Source of the DNA: Anaerolineae bacterium
GTDB taxonomy: Bacteria > Chloroflexota > Anaerolineae > Epilineales > Epilineaceae
Reading direction: 5' to 3'
Length of the DNA: 64,000 nucleotides
Assembly: GCA_038913135.1 (NCBI GenBank)
Contig: JBCLES010000010.1
Span: forward strand, 4,298 to 68,297
Shown: one piece after another, positions 1 through 10,150 of the stretch
Position numbering within the stretch: the first letter of the stretch is position 1
How the letters are laid out: the number at the start of each line of letters is the position of its first letter
Program-made: the position numbers and the translations under genes
Notes under the pieces: model-generated
The model's input: the letters and a program-made list of their open reading frames with translations, nothing else
The model's database searches: none
Told to the model about the DNA's origin: nothing

Positions 1-1
1 A

Positions 2-220
2 CTGCGAGCAGCTTTACAAATTCCTGTCGGACTGCCGGCAATGAGCTGGATGGTGCGGCTGGCTGCGCCGCTGTTACTCGGCACGGATCCTGAGTTGGCT
101 CTGTACGGACGCTACTGTGTATCACGTCGCTTGCAAGATGAAGGGTTCGAGTTCGAGTTTCCAGATCTAGAGTCCGCGCTGCGGGATCTGTACAATCGGC
201 AGAGCACAGCCGCGGACTGA
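2..220 (+). CDS. 3' end of a gene that starts upstream of the window; C-terminal tail resembles YfcH/TIGR01777-type epimerase family (DUF1731)
   Basis: Frame 2 is open from the window edge to TGA at 218-220. The translation ...[36 protein letters not shown] resembles the conserved C-terminus (GF.F.yPdl..AL..L) of that family, recognised from memory only. Confidence 0.4.
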   Translation: MRAALQIPVGLPAMSWMVRLAAPLLLGTDPELALYGRYCVSRRLQDEGFEFEFPDLESALRDLYNRQSTAAD

Positions 221-698
221 TGGGGGGCGATGCATGGCCAACCTCCTAGTTTTGGTTTCGAGTCCTTCCTGCCAGGCGCCGGACGGGCATCATGGAGGTC
301 GATCTCGATGGCGCGCCGGAATCGACCAACGCCTGCGTGATCAGCGAGCCGAGATTAGCATCTCCTTCTTCGCGAATCTTCGAAAGTCCGCGAACGGCCT
401 TGTTACTTTGACTTTTTCAGAGAATCTCAATCAGGTATCTGACAAATTTCGCAGGCAGCTAGCTGGTCTCAATTGCGAGCGCATATGAAACGAGGGCGCT
501 TGTCAAAGACGAGTTCGGCCAGCATGGAATTCGATGTCTAGTTGGCCTATCATGCCTGCCGCATCCCACGAACGAAGGGGAGATAGTCGCTTGTTTCGCG
601 CCGCCGGCGGGTGCCACTCGTAGCCGGGCTCGGTCGTCCTACGGCTGCCGGTGGCCGTTCGAGGGATTGCCCAGACAAGATCGGATTAGGGGTTCCTT

Positions 699-1256
699 TT
701 GAAGACCCAGTACTACACGGCCGCGAGCCTTGACGGATTCATAGCCACGTCCGACGACTCCCTTGAGTGGCTCTTCCCATTGGGAGATATTGAGGACACA
801 AGCTATCCCAGCTTCATTCGGGATGTTGGTGCACTCGCGATGGGTTCAGCCACCTACGAATGGATGCTGCGGCACGCCGTTGGCGAGCAGGCAGAAAGTC
901 CGCAGCCGTGGCCGTATGACAAGCCAACGCGGGTCTTCACCTCCCGCGTTCTTCCATCGGTTGCCGGAGCTGACATCCAATTCGTGCGCGGCGATGTTCG
1001 CCCGGTTCACGAGGAGCTGGTGGCGGCGGCCGGCGGCAAGAACGTCTGGATCGTCGGCGGAGGCGACCTCGCCGGCCAGTTCTACGACAATGGCTTGCTT
1101 GATGACATCTTCGTCCAGGTGGGCTCTGTAACGCTCGGTGCAGGCAAGCCGCTGCTACCGCGGGCGATTACCAATCCGCCATTACGACTGATCTCGGTGC
1201 GGGCGATCGGTGTCGGTTTCGCCGAGCTGCACTACGAGGTACCGCGGCGAGAGTGA
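699..1256 (+). CDS. Dihydrofolate reductase family protein (RibD C-terminal domain type)
   Basis: 185-aa ORF. MKTQYYTAASLDGFIATSDDSLEWLF, GSATYEWM and NVWIVGGGDLAGQF are typical of the YwjB/RibD_C DHFR-like family. Non-ATG start as in the ORF track. Confidence 0.75.
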   Translation: MKTQYYTAASLDGFIATSDDSLEWLFPLGDIEDTSYPSFIRDVGALAMGSATYEWMLRHAVGEQAESPQPWPYDKPTRVFTSRVLPSVAGADIQFVRGDVRPVHEELVAAAGGKNVWIVGGGDLAGQFYDNGLLDDIFVQVGSVTLGAGKPLLPRAITNPPLRLISVRAIGVGFAELHYEVPRRE

Positions 1257-1330
1257 CGGCCAGTGGCCGCATCGCCATATAGTCCGCCGCATTAGAGTTA
1301 TCCGACCAACACCGCTACGGAGAAAACGAG

Positions 1331-2785
1331 GTGCAAGAGAACGACCGGAAGCCTACGACCACAGATGCCGGGATACAAGTGCCCAGCGACGAATTCTCGC
1401 TAACGGTGGGACCCGATGGCCCCATCTTGCTGCACGACCACTACCTCATCGAGCAGATGGCAAACTTCAACCGGGAGCGGATTCCGGAGCGTCAGCCCCA
1501 CGCTAAAGGCGCCGGCGCGTTTGGGCACTTCGCCGTGACCGAAGATGTCAGCGCGTTCACCAAGGCCGCGGTGTTCCAGCCGGACACGACGACGGAAACG
1601 TTGATCCGTTTCTCCACGGTGGCCGGAGAAAGCGGCAGTCCTGACACTTGGCGTGATCCACGCGGCTTCGCGTTGAAGTTCTACAGTACTCAAGGCAACT
1701 ACGACTTGGTAGGGAACAATACGCCGGTGTTCTTCGTGCGCGACCCCATGAAGTTCCAGCACTTCATCCGGTCGCAGAAGCGCCGAGCCGACAGCGGACT
1801 ACGCGACAACGACATGCAGTGGGACTTCTGGACGCTTTCGCCCGAGTCGGCCCACCAGGTTACCATTTTGATGGGCGACCGTGGCATCCCTCAGACTTGG
1901 CGGCATATGGACGGCTTCTCGAGCCACACCTATATGTGGGTCAGCGCAGGAGGCGAACGGTTCTGGGTCAAGTACCACTTCAAGACCGACCAAGGCAATC
2001 AATTCCTTACACAGGCGGAGGCCGACAGGATCGCCGGTGAAGACGCCGACTTCCACCGGCGCGACCTTTTCGAAGCGATCCGGCGTGGTGACCACCCCAG
2101 CTGGACGTTGAAGGTGCAGATCATGCCGTTCGAGGAGGCCCGGACTTATCGCTTCAACCCGTTCGACCTGACCAAAGTATGGCCGCACGGCGACTACCCG
2201 TTGCACGATGTCGGAAGGCTGACGCTAAACCGGAATCCCACCGACTTTCACACGGAGATCGAGCAGGCGGCGTTCGAGCCCAACAACCTCGTCCCGGGCA
2301 TCGGCGTCAGCCCGGACAAGATGTTGCTGGCTCGGGTCTTCGCTTACGCTGACGCCCACCGTGCCAGGATGGGGGTCAATTACAAGCAGATCCCCGTCAA
2401 CTCGCCGAAGTCGCCAGTGCACAGCTACAGCAAGGACGGGGCGATGCGCGTTCAGAACGTGTCCGACCCCGTGTACGCACCGAACTCGAAGGGCGGCCCG
2501 GCCGCTGATCCTGCGCAGTTCCCGCACGTAGAGAAGTGGGCCGCCGACGGAGAGTTCATACACTCAGCGTACACCAAGCGCTCGGACGACGACGACTGGG
2601 GCCAGCCCGGCACCCTGGTGAGGGGGGTCATGGACGACGCGGCGCGTGACCGCTTGGTGTCCAACGTAGTCGGTCATCTCAGCAACGGTGTGTCCCAACC
2701 GGTATTGGAGCGCGCTTTCCAGTATTGGCGCAACATCGACCAGAGTGTCGGCGATCGTATCGCCAAGGGCGTGAGCGGCGGCTGA
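1331..2785 (+). CDS. katA: Monofunctional heme catalase (small-subunit type)
   Basis: 484 aa. Catalase core motifs [22 protein letters not shown] (distal His), [19 protein letters not shown] and [17 protein letters not shown] (proximal Tyr region). Confidence 0.95.
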   Translation: MQENDRKPTTTDAGIQVPSDEFSLTVGPDGPILLHDHYLIEQMANFNRERIPERQPHAKGAGAFGHFAVTEDVSAFTKAAVFQPDTTTETLIRFSTVAGESGSPDTWRDPRGFALKFYSTQGNYDLVGNNTPVFFVRDPMKFQHFIRSQKRRADSGLRDNDMQWDFWTLSPESAHQVTILMGDRGIPQTWRHMDGFSSHTYMWVSAGGERFWVKYHFKTDQGNQFLTQAEADRIAGEDADFHRRDLFEAIRRGDHPSWTLKVQIMPFEEARTYRFNPFDLTKVWPHGDYPLHDVGRLTLNRNPTDFHTEIEQAAFEPNNLVPGIGVSPDKMLLARVFAYADAHRARMGVNYKQIPVNSPKSPVHSYSKDGAMRVQNVSDPVYAPNSKGGPAADPAQFPHVEKWAADGEFIHSAYTKRSDDDDWGQPGTLVRGVMDDAARDRLVSNVVGHLSNGVSQPVLERAFQYWRNIDQSVGDRIAKGVSGG

Positions 2786-2843
2786 TCTTGGGCTTTGAAG
2801 CGGACTGGGCAGTTCGCTACTAATGCAATCGGAGGGTAACGCC

Positions 2844-3194
2844 ATGATCCGCGGCATGCACGCGATGTTCTACTCGTCGGAGGCCGAAGCCCTCCGCGCC
2901 TTCTTCCGCGACAAGCTCGGGCTGCGCGGAACGGACGTCGGAGACGGATGGTTGATCTTCGATGCTCCCGAGGCTGACCTTGGGGTTCATCCAACGGGCG
3001 ACGGCTCCGCAGAGTCAGGAACGGCCGACATTTCGTTCTACTGCGACGACATCGAGGCGACGGTGGCCGAGTTGAAGGCGCGCGGCGTGGACTTCACCCA
3101 AGATGTCGAAGATCATGGCTTCGGCTTTGTGACTTTCTTCAGGGTGCCCGGCGACTTTACCGTGCAGCTATACCAACCCAAGTATGCGAAGTGA
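2844..3194 (+). CDS. VOC/glyoxalase-bleomycin resistance family protein
   Basis: 116 aa from the ATG at 2844, with a GGAGGG RBS 7 nt upstream. MIRGMHAMFYSSEAEALRAFFRDKLGL...ISFYCDDIEATVAELKARGVDF...FGFVTFFRVPGDFTVQLYQPKY is a typical single VOC domain. Confidence 0.7.
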   Translation: MIRGMHAMFYSSEAEALRAFFRDKLGLRGTDVGDGWLIFDAPEADLGVHPTGDGSAESGTADISFYCDDIEATVAELKARGVDFTQDVEDHGFGFVTFFRVPGDFTVQLYQPKYAK

Positions 3195-3209
3195 AGGGAG
3201 CCAGACCAC

Positions 3210-3470
3210 ATGACCAGTAGAGTGATGCCGGGCGGATCGGTGACATGGACAGCGGGTAAACTGGGTGCGCATCGGTCGTGGAACACAGCAAGTCCAGCCC
3301 TTAGAACGGCACGCCTGTGTATTTCAAAGGTTACTTGTCCAAGAGGAGTCCATCAAGACCATAGCGTCCAGTGCACCGTACCATTCCCGTTTGACGAGCC
3401 GCTGCCGCACGATCTCATCGATCGTATCGTCAGATTCAGGGTTCAAGACAACATAGAGGAGAGGGCTTAG
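3210..3470 (+). pseudogene. Possible decayed remnant of a DUF1801/YdhG-like gene
   Basis: Only the last ~30 codons (TVPFPFDEPLPHDLIDRIVRFRVQDNIEE) look like the conserved C-terminus of YdhG/DUF1801 proteins. The upstream part has no recognisable domain in this frame, and weak similarity shifts to another frame. Confidence 0.3.
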
Positions 3471-3566
3471 AGACGACGATGGCGGCGATACTGCGGCCGA
3501 CGTGGAAGGTGAAATCGGTGGCGCCGCAGAGACATCTCGGCACGATCGAGCAACCTCAGGCGACTC

Positions 3567-3694
3567 GCAATGATCACCGATTCAGCGACGCACGATAGCC
3601 GCGAATGCAGCGACACACGATAGCCGCGGATGCAGCAACGCTCGATCACCGCCGACGTATCGACGCTCGATAGCCCCCGATGTATCGCCGCCGG
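3567..3694. repeat. Degenerate 25-bp tandem repeat, about 4.5 copies, intergenic
   Basis: Units cagcgacgcacgatagccgcgaatg (3583-3607), cagcgacacacgatagccgcggatg (3608-3632), cagcaacgctcgatcaccgccgacgt (3633-3658) and atcgacgctcgatagcccccgatgt (3659-3683), plus partial flanking copies. Confidence 0.8.
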
Positions 3695-3856
3695 GCGACG
3701 GACTCCTGGCGAAGTGGCCAGTGCACGACTGGCGTGCGAGGCGTTGCGCGGTCCGACTGTCCGGCGATAACCTACGGTAAGGTACTTTAGCTCTGTTTGT
3801 CCGGGGCCGGACCTGATATTCGTGAACACCTCAATTGGACTCGCACGGAGAATCTT

Positions 3857-4147
3857 ATGAACGATCAAGAACTGTATCGCCAGAAGCAAGAGGCGCAGTT
3901 AGACGAGTGGGCCGCCGATATCGAGAAGCTCAAAGCCAAAGCATCTGGGGCCAGTGCATCTGCGCAAATGGAGATAGAGAAGCAGATCGAAGCAATCGAA
4001 GACAAGCTCGAAGAAGCCCGAGAGAAGCTTGACGAGCTCGGGGACGCGAGCGAAAGTGCGTGGGAGTCCTTCAAGGTCGGCGTTGAACGCATTTGGGATT
4101 CCTTGAAGTCCTCGATCAGCGATCTAGCGGATCGAATCAGAAATTAG
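3857..4147 (+). CDS. Small coiled-coil protein of unknown function
   Basis: 96 aa from the ATG at 3857 (GGAGA RBS). The sequence is heptad-rich, acidic and Lys-rich: QLDEWAADIEKLKAKASGASASAQMEIEKQIEAIEDKLEEAREKLDELGDASESAWESFK. A strong terminator follows. Confidence 0.6.
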   Translation: MNDQELYRQKQEAQLDEWAADIEKLKAKASGASASAQMEIEKQIEAIEDKLEEAREKLDELGDASESAWESFKVGVERIWDSLKSSISDLADRIRN

Positions 4148-4166
4148 TCATCGGCTGACATCGATT

Positions 4167-4198
4167 GGGGGGCGGCGCGATCGCGCCGCCCCTTTTTT
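4167..4198 (+). terminator. Rho-independent terminator
   Basis: GGGGGGCGGCGCG-at-CGCGCCGCCCC stem followed by TTTTTT. Confidence 0.75.
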
Positions 4199-4445
4199 GC
4201 GCACGCCGACGCCGCTCTGGAACTCACCGCGGAACGAGTTGACCTCGAATCGGCGTCGGACACGGGATCGAAGATCCATTCGTGGGCATGTCGAACGATC
4301 TCCAGCCGAATCCCTTATTTTCACTAGATGAACGTAACAGTGGTATACCGATCATCAGGAAGTCGTTCGATGATGCGCGCCGGCTCATGGCCAGCCGCAC
4401 TGCCTTCCGCGAGCGCTCGGAACACTCGACTCCAAAGGATGAACC

Positions 4446-4871
4446 ATGGCTGAGCTTAAGACCCAGCGCAACGACGCAAGCGTGACCGATTTCCTGAACG
4501 CCATCCCTGACGAAACCCGTCGTGCCGATTGCTTCACCATCGCCGAAAAAATGCGGCGGGCCACGGACGCCGAGGCTCGGATGTGGGGTCCGGCGATCGT
4601 GGGCTTCGGCAGCTATCACTATCGCTACGCCAGCGGTCGCGAGGCCGACTGGTTTCTGGCCGGCTTCGCGCCGCGCAAGCAGGACCTTACGCTCTACCTT
4701 ATGTCCGGCTATGACCTTTACGATGAGCTGATGGGCAAGCTAGGCAAGCACTCGACCGGCAAGTCGTGCCTCTACATCAAGCACCTTTCCGACATCGACG
4801 TCGACGCGCTGCGAGAGCTGGTCGAATCGTCGGTCGCCCACATGCGCGCGACGAACCCGCCTGCGGACTGA
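4446..4871 (+). CDS. DUF1801 (YdhG-like) domain protein
   Basis: 141 aa. VTDFLNAIPDETRRADCFTIAEKMRRAT...MWGPAIVGFGSYHYRYASGREADWFLAGFAPRKQDLTLYL is typical of this family. Confidence 0.7.
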   Translation: MAELKTQRNDASVTDFLNAIPDETRRADCFTIAEKMRRATDAEARMWGPAIVGFGSYHYRYASGREADWFLAGFAPRKQDLTLYLMSGYDLYDELMGKLGKHSTGKSCLYIKHLSDIDVDALRELVESSVAHMRATNPPAD

Positions 4872-4960
4872 ACTCTGTAGATCCGGTCCCGAAGCCAACA
4901 AACGAACGTGCACGCAGTCGCTCACTTCCTCACACCCACCCCCAAGGAGCCCCGCGCTCG

Positions 4961-7225
4961 ATGCCCGCTACGCAAGCGCCGACCGAACCGACAACGCCGT
5001 CCGTTTCGCGCGACTCCTCTCTAGAAACTCCCGACTCCGCCGTAGCCGCTCCCGACTTCGCCCTGGCGAAAGTCGCGTTCACCCCCGCCGACGACTCCTC
5101 GCGCCTCGCCCGCGCCTTACACCTCGCGCCGACCAAAGTCTCGGCCACAATCGCCCTTATTGACGACGGCAACACCGTACCGTTTATCGCCCGCTACCGG
5201 AAGGAGGCTACGGGCGGCCTGGACGAAGTCGAGATCAGGGCGGTGGCCGATGCGCTGCTTGCCCTGCGCGCTCTCGACGCCCGCCGAACGACCGTGCTCG
5301 CTGCAATCGCCGAACAGGGGCAGCTCACCCAGGCACTGCGCGACGCCATAGTCAGCGCTGAAACACGGACCGATCTCGAAGATATCTACTTGCCGTACAA
5401 GCAGAAGCGGCGAACACGCGCTCAGATCGCCCGTGAGAATGGCCTAGCCGATCTCGCCGACTTGATCCTGCGCCAGACGTTGACGCGGCACTCACCGGGC
5501 GAAATCGCAGCGCCCTTCGTCGGCGAAGCGGTGCCGACCATCGAGGAGGCTCTGGCCGGGGCGCGCGACATCGTCGCCGAGGCCGTCGCCGACGATCCGG
5601 CGGTGCGCAGTGAAACCCGGCGGCGAGCCCTCGCCTTCGCCGGCGTCGATGCTGTTCGAAAGGAAGGCGCAACCGACGAGCGCGGCGTCTACAAGACTTA
5701 TTACGACTTTCACGGGCGCGTCGAACACTTGAGGCCGCATCAAGTGCTCGCCCTGAACCGGGCCGAGAGCGAGGGCGTGATCCGCTTGAAGGTCAACGTG
5801 TCTGAGCGGGACTGGCGATCGGCCGTCGGCGCGCGCTTCCGGGTCGACCCGCGCTCGGCTCTCGCCGGTGAGCTCGAGACCGCCATCGACGACGCTGCAT
5901 CGAGGCTCTTGCTGCCCGCGATAGAACGCGATGTTCGACGTGCACTTACTGAGAAAGCTGAAGCGCACGCCATCGAAGTTTTCGCCAGCAATCTGCGCAG
6001 CTTGCTGCTGCAAGCTCCGCTGTCCGGCCGAACCGTACTCGGCCTTGACCCGGCCTTCCGGACAGGCTGCAAGCTGGCGGTCGTCGATGCGACCGGCCGG
6101 TTGAAGGCGACAGCCAAGATTTATCCACATCCACCGCAGAACCAGCGGGCAGAGGCCATGTCGATGTTGCGCGACCTCATCAGCCGCCACAACGTGGCCA
6201 TCATCGCCATCGGGAACGGGACCGCGTCGCGTGAAAGCGAGCGGCTGGTCGCGGACGTCGTTCGCGATCTTGTCGGCGTCAAGTACGTCGTCGTTAGCGA
6301 GGCAGGCGCGAGCGTCTACAGCGCGAGCCCGCTCGCCCGCGCCGAGCTTCCCGACCTTGACGTTACGGAGCGCGGCGCCGTGTCAATCGCTCGTCGCCTG
6401 CAAGATCCTCTGGCAGAACTCGTCAAGATCGACCCGCAGTCGATCGGCGTTGGACTGTATCAGCACGATGTCGATCAGAATTCGCTCGCTCATTCGGTCA
6501 ACGGGGTGGTCGAATCCGTCGTCAATCGTGTCGGAGTCGATGTCAACACTGCTTCACCGGCGCTGCTCGCCAGGGTCGCTGGCATCGGGCCGAAGCTTTC
6601 CGAGTCGATCGTGGCGCAACGAAATGCCGAAGGTCCGTTCACTCGACGCACCAAGCTCAAGAGTGTCGCCGGCCTTGGCCCGAAGGCCTTCGAGCAGTCC
6701 GCCGGCTTCTTGCGCATTCGGTCGGGCGAAGATCCGCTCGACGCAAGCTCGATCCACCCGGAGAGCTACACGGCCGCAAAGGCGCTGCTCAAACGCGCCG
6801 GACTATCGACTTCGGCCGCCCCTAATGCGCGTCGAGAACCGCTTGAGACGCTCGTCGCCGCCGAAGGAGTCGAAGCACTTGCGGCAAGCTTGAGCGTCGG
6901 CGTACCAACCCTCGTCGACATAGTCGAACAGCTCGTCCGCCCAGGGCGCGACCCGCGCGAAGACGCGCCCGCGCCGCTCCTGCGCGACGACGTCCTGTCG
7001 ATGGCCGACCTCACGGTGGGGATCGAGCTCAGCGGAACCGTCCGCAACGTCGTGGACTTCGGGGCTTTTATCGACATCGGTGTCGAGCAGGACGGATTGC
7101 TGCACCGAACCGCCATGCCGCCGGGCCTGGGATTGGGAGTCGGAGACGTCGTGACCGTTGAGGTGGTGCGGATTGAGCACGAACGGGGGCGGATCGGATT
7201 GGGGTGGGTCGGGGAGAGCGCCTAA
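4961..7225 (+). CDS. tex: Tex-like transcription accessory protein (S1 RNA-binding)
   Basis: IDDGNTVPFIARYRKEATGGLDEVEIR (Tex N-terminus), YqgF-like VLGLDPAFRTGCKLAVVD, HhH LNTASPALLARVAGIGPKLSESIVAQR and C-terminal S1 GTVRNVVDFGAFIDIGVEQDGLLH. The ATG at 4961 was chosen as start; the longer ORF overlaps the previous gene. Confidence 0.9.
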   Translation: MPATQAPTEPTTPSVSRDSSLETPDSAVAAPDFALAKVAFTPADDSSRLARALHLAPTKVSATIALIDDGNTVPFIARYRKEATGGLDEVEIRAVADALLALRALDARRTTVLAAIAEQGQLTQALRDAIVSAETRTDLEDIYLPYKQKRRTRAQIARENGLADLADLILRQTLTRHSPGEIAAPFVGEAVPTIEEALAGARDIVAEAVADDPAVRSETRRRALAFAGVDAVRKEGATDERGVYKTYYDFHGRVEHLRPHQVLALNRAESEGVIRLKVNVSERDWRSAVGARFRVDPRSALAGELETAIDDAASRLLLPAIERDVRRALTEKAEAHAIEVFASNLRSLLLQAPLSGRTVLGLDPAFRTGCKLAVVDATGRLKATAKIYPHPPQNQRAEAMSMLRDLISRHNVAIIAIGNGTASRESERLVADVVRDLVGVKYVVVSEAGASVYSASPLARAELPDLDVTERGAVSIARRLQDPLAELVKIDPQSIGVGLYQHDVDQNSLAHSVNGVVESVVNRVGVDVNTASPALLARVAGIGPKLSESIVAQRNAEGPFTRRTKLKSVAGLGPKAFEQSAGFLRIRSGEDPLDASSIHPESYTAAKALLKRAGLSTSAAPNARREPLETLVAAEGVEALAASLSVGVPTLVDIVEQLVRPGRDPREDAPAPLLRDDVLSMADLTVGIELSGTVRNVVDFGAFIDIGVEQDGLLHRTAMPPGLGLGVGDVVTVEVVRIEHERGRIGLGWVGESA

Positions 7226-7348
7226 TCAAACGTCGAGCGATGTCGACTCGAGCTGTCGACTTCAATCGACTGGTCAACCGGCGTCGACTGAATGCGACCG
7301 AAATTCCGGCGTCGACCGAAGTCGCTCGGCCAACCAACGTCAACCACC

Positions 7349-8065
7349 CTATCCCCCCAAGTACGCCCGCCGCACCTCCGGATCGACCAATAGATCCGCG
7401 GACGGCCCTTCCAGGGCAATGTTTCCGCTCTCGAGCACGTACCCCCGGGCTGCGAACTTCAGGGCCAGCCGGGCGTTCTGCTCGACCAAGAGGATCGTCG
7501 TACCTTCCCGATTGATCTCGGCCAGCGCGGCGAAAACATCCATCATGAGCAGCGGTGCGAGGCCCATGGACGGCTCGTCCAGCAACATCATGCGGCGGCC
7601 GCTCATCAGGGCCCGGCCCACGGCCACCATCTGCTGTTCGCCGCCGCTCAGCGTGTCCGCACGCTGGTCTATCCGTTCGGCTAGCCGCGGGAAAACACCG
7701 AAGACGCGCTTCATGTCCTGGTCGATAGCCAGCCGATCGCGGCGTGCGAACGTGGCCAGCTTCAAGTTCTCCATGACGCTCAGGTTTCCGAAAAGACGAC
7801 GCCCTTCCGGCACGTGCGAGATGCCGAGATCGCTGACTATCCGATCAGCCGGTATTGAGGTGAGATCGCGGCCGTCGAAGAACATGCGGCCGCCGGCTTC
7901 GATAGGCACCAGGCCAGAGATCGCCCGCAGGACCGTCGACTTGCCGGCCCCGTTCGCGCCGATGATGCACACGATCTCGCCTTCGTCCACCGAGAAGTCG
8001 ATGCCGTGGAGCGCCTTGATCCGATCATACGAGACACGCATGTCCTGCACTGAGAGTAACGTCAC
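7349..8065 (-). CDS. livF: Branched-chain amino acid ABC transporter ATP-binding protein
   Basis: Walker A GANGAGKST, signature LSGGEQQM, Walker B MMLLDEPS. The GTG start overlaps the livG stop (GTGA). Confidence 0.9.
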   Translation of the reverse strand: MTLLSVQDMRVSYDRIKALHGIDFSVDEGEIVCIIGANGAGKSTVLRAISGLVPIEAGGRMFFDGRDLTSIPADRIVSDLGISHVPEGRRLFGNLSVMENLKLATFARRDRLAIDQDMKRVFGVFPRLAERIDQRADTLSGGEQQMVAVGRALMSGRRMMLLDEPSMGLAPLLMMDVFAALAEINREGTTILLVEQNARLALKFAARGYVLESGNIALEGPSADLLVDPEVRRAYLGG

Positions 8066-8832
8066 GTGTCCAGATCCTTGCCGAGATAGGCTTCGATGAC
8101 CGCCGGATCGTTCTGGATCTCCTCCGGTCGCCCTTCGGCGATCACCTCGCCGAATACAAGGGTCTGGATACGATCGCACAGCTCCATAACGAACTTCAAC
8201 CGGTGCTCGATCAGGAAGATGGCAGTGCCGGTTTCCGCGTGGACTGAGCGGACGATCGCCATCATCTGCTTGACCTCTTCCGGATTCATGCCGGCGGTCG
8301 GCTCGTCGAGAAAGAGAATCTTCGGCTCGATGGCCAAAGCCCGCGCTAGCTCCACGCGGCGCTGAGCGCCGTATGGCAGGTTCGTCACGATTTGTCCGGC
8401 CAGGTGATCGATTCCAACGATCTCGAGGATGCGATGCGCCTTCTTATCGCTTTCTTCCTCCTCCCTTTGTCGCCGCCGAGTGCCGAAGAACGCTCCGGTT
8501 AGGCCGTAGCCCAGCTTGGAGTAGCGGGCGAGCATCACGTGCTCGAGGACGCTCATGTGCCGCCAAAGGCGGAGGTTCTGGAACGTGCGCGCGAGACCCA
8601 TGGCGGCTATCTCATACGGCTGGCGACCGTTGATGACCTGTCCGTCGAAGATGATCCTTCCTTCCGCGGGCCGGTGTATGCCGGTGACGAGGTTGAATAC
8701 CGTCGTCTTGCCCGCGCCGTTTGGTCCGATGAGGCCACGGATCTGTCCCGGCTCGATCTCGAGCCCGTAGTCGTGGACCGCGCGTAAGCCGCCGAAGTAG
8801 TGCGTCAAGCCCTCAATCTGGAGGAGCGGCAT
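8062..8832 (-). CDS. livG: Branched-chain amino acid ABC transporter ATP-binding protein
   Basis: GPNGAGKTT, the LivG-type C-terminal extension, ILFLDEPTAGMNPEE and IFLIEHRLKFV. Confidence 0.9.
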   Translation of the reverse strand: MPLLQIEGLTHYFGGLRAVHDYGLEIEPGQIRGLIGPNGAGKTTVFNLVTGIHRPAEGRIIFDGQVINGRQPYEIAAMGLARTFQNLRLWRHMSVLEHVMLARYSKLGYGLTGAFFGTRRRQREEEESDKKAHRILEIVGIDHLAGQIVTNLPYGAQRRVELARALAIEPKILFLDEPTAGMNPEEVKQMMAIVRSVHAETGTAIFLIEHRLKFVMELCDRIQTLVFGEVIAEGRPEEIQNDPAVIEAYLGKDLDT

Positions 8833-10150
8833 TGCTTATCTCCTCGTCTGAATCGGCGGCCACGGTGTCTAGGTCATCGTGCCCACCTCGCGGCCCAAGC
8901 CACCGACGCACGTCGAACTCCCGGAACGCAATTAGGCCGGTCGGACGGTAGATCATGACCAAGATGAGTAGGAGCGGAATCACGATCCACTTCATGATTT
9001 GCAGAGGCCGGAGCATTTCGCCCAGGAGGATGATGCTCGACGCACCCACGATCGAGCCGACGACCGAATTCAGGCCACCGAAGTAGACCATGGCCAAGAC
9101 TTCGGCCAGCTTCTGGATGCCGAAGCTGCTCGGGTTCACATAGCGGACTATGTGAGCCAAGAGGCCGCCAGCGACGCCCGCCCAGAAGGCCGCGAAGAGG
9201 AAGGCGGTCACTTTGGTACGCCGCGTGTCTATCGTCATCGCGCCGGCAGCCGTCTCGTCGTCGCGCAACGCGTTCAGCGCCTTGCCGAGTGTCGAGCGGA
9301 CGAAGTTGTTTATGATCCACAAGCTGAGGACCGTCCACCCGAACACCATAGGCAAGCCCGCCAGATCCGGCTGCCCGCCCAGACCCCGCGGACCGCCGAC
9401 GAATTCCAAGTTCTCGAGCAAGCTCTTGACGATAAACAAGAACGCCAGCGAGATGATCGCGAGATAGTCGCCGCGCGTCCTGAACGACGGGATGGCCACG
9501 ACGAGCGCGCTCACCGACGCGACGCACCCGCCCAAGAAGAGGCCGACCGGGAAGAGCAGCGGACCCAGCTCCGCGGGCAGACGCGCCGCCCCGAAGGCAC
9601 TCGAATCCGTAAAGAGCGCCACGCTGAAGACCGTCGCCGTGTAGGCTCCCAGAGCCATGAAGCCCGGATGTGAGCAAGAGAACTCGCCCATGAAACCGTT
9701 GACTACGTTCAGGCTCAACGTCGCGATGATCGCTACAAGGATCAAGCGAACGATGAGGAGCCGATAGTCGCTCGATGCCGTCCACAAGTGCAGAGCGGCA
9801 TAGATCAGCGTGACGTGAAGCGCGAGAGAAACCGGCAGTCCAACGTCGAGAAGTCGTCCGGCCAGCCGGTCGGCGGCGCCCCGTGATGCGTCGGACACGA
9901 CAGCCACTGGAATGACGTAGACCGCCGCGACATAGATGAGCGCATTCGGGATCAAAGACGGCTTATCGAAGATGATCAGCATCCCGAACAGGGCCGGAAC
10001 CTTCTCCAAACCAAGCGTATGTGCGATCTCAGGGCCGAATACCGATTCAATGCCGATAGCGACAAGAAACGCTATGAGCCAAGCTAGGGTCGACACGCGC
10101 TCAGCCGCCCGGCGCAAGCGGTCGAGCGGCGTCATGAGCCTTGACTTCAC
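8813..10150 (-). CDS. livM: Branched-chain amino acid ABC transporter permease
   Basis: Polytopic membrane protein with LSLNVVNGFMGEFSCSHPGFMALGAYT and the LivM-type EAA-like region RDDETAAGAMTIDTRRTKV. The GTG at 10150 overlaps the livH stop (GTGA); the ATG at 10135 is an alternative start. The long N-terminal part of the track ORF is spurious. Confidence 0.85.
   Translation of the reverse strand: MKSRLMTPLDRLRRAAERVSTLAWLIAFLVAIGIESVFGPEIAHTLGLEKVPALFGMLIIFDKPSLIPNALIYVAAVYVIPVAVVSDASRGAADRLAGRLLDVGLPVSLALHVTLIYAALHLWTASSDYRLLIVRLILVAIIATLSLNVVNGFMGEFSCSHPGFMALGAYTATVFSVALFTDSSAFGAARLPAELGPLLFPVGLFLGGCVASVSALVVAIPSFRTRGDYLAIISLAFLFIVKSLLENLEFVGGPRGLGGQPDLAGLPMVFGWTVLSLWIINNFVRSTLGKALNALRDDETAAGAMTIDTRRTKVTAFLFAAFWAGVAGGLLAHIVRYVNPSSFGIQKLAEVLAMVYFGGLNSVVGSIVGASSIILLGEMLRPLQIMKWIVIPLLLILVMIYRPTGLIAFREFDVRRWLGPRGGHDDLDTVAADSDEEISNAAPPD

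Noticed and set aside
234-488. 84-aa plus-strand ORF in the first intergenic region
   Set aside because: It has no recognisable motif, its composition is odd, and it has no RBS. The surrounding 220-698 region has lower GC and may hold a small gene or regulatory RNA, but I cannot support any call.
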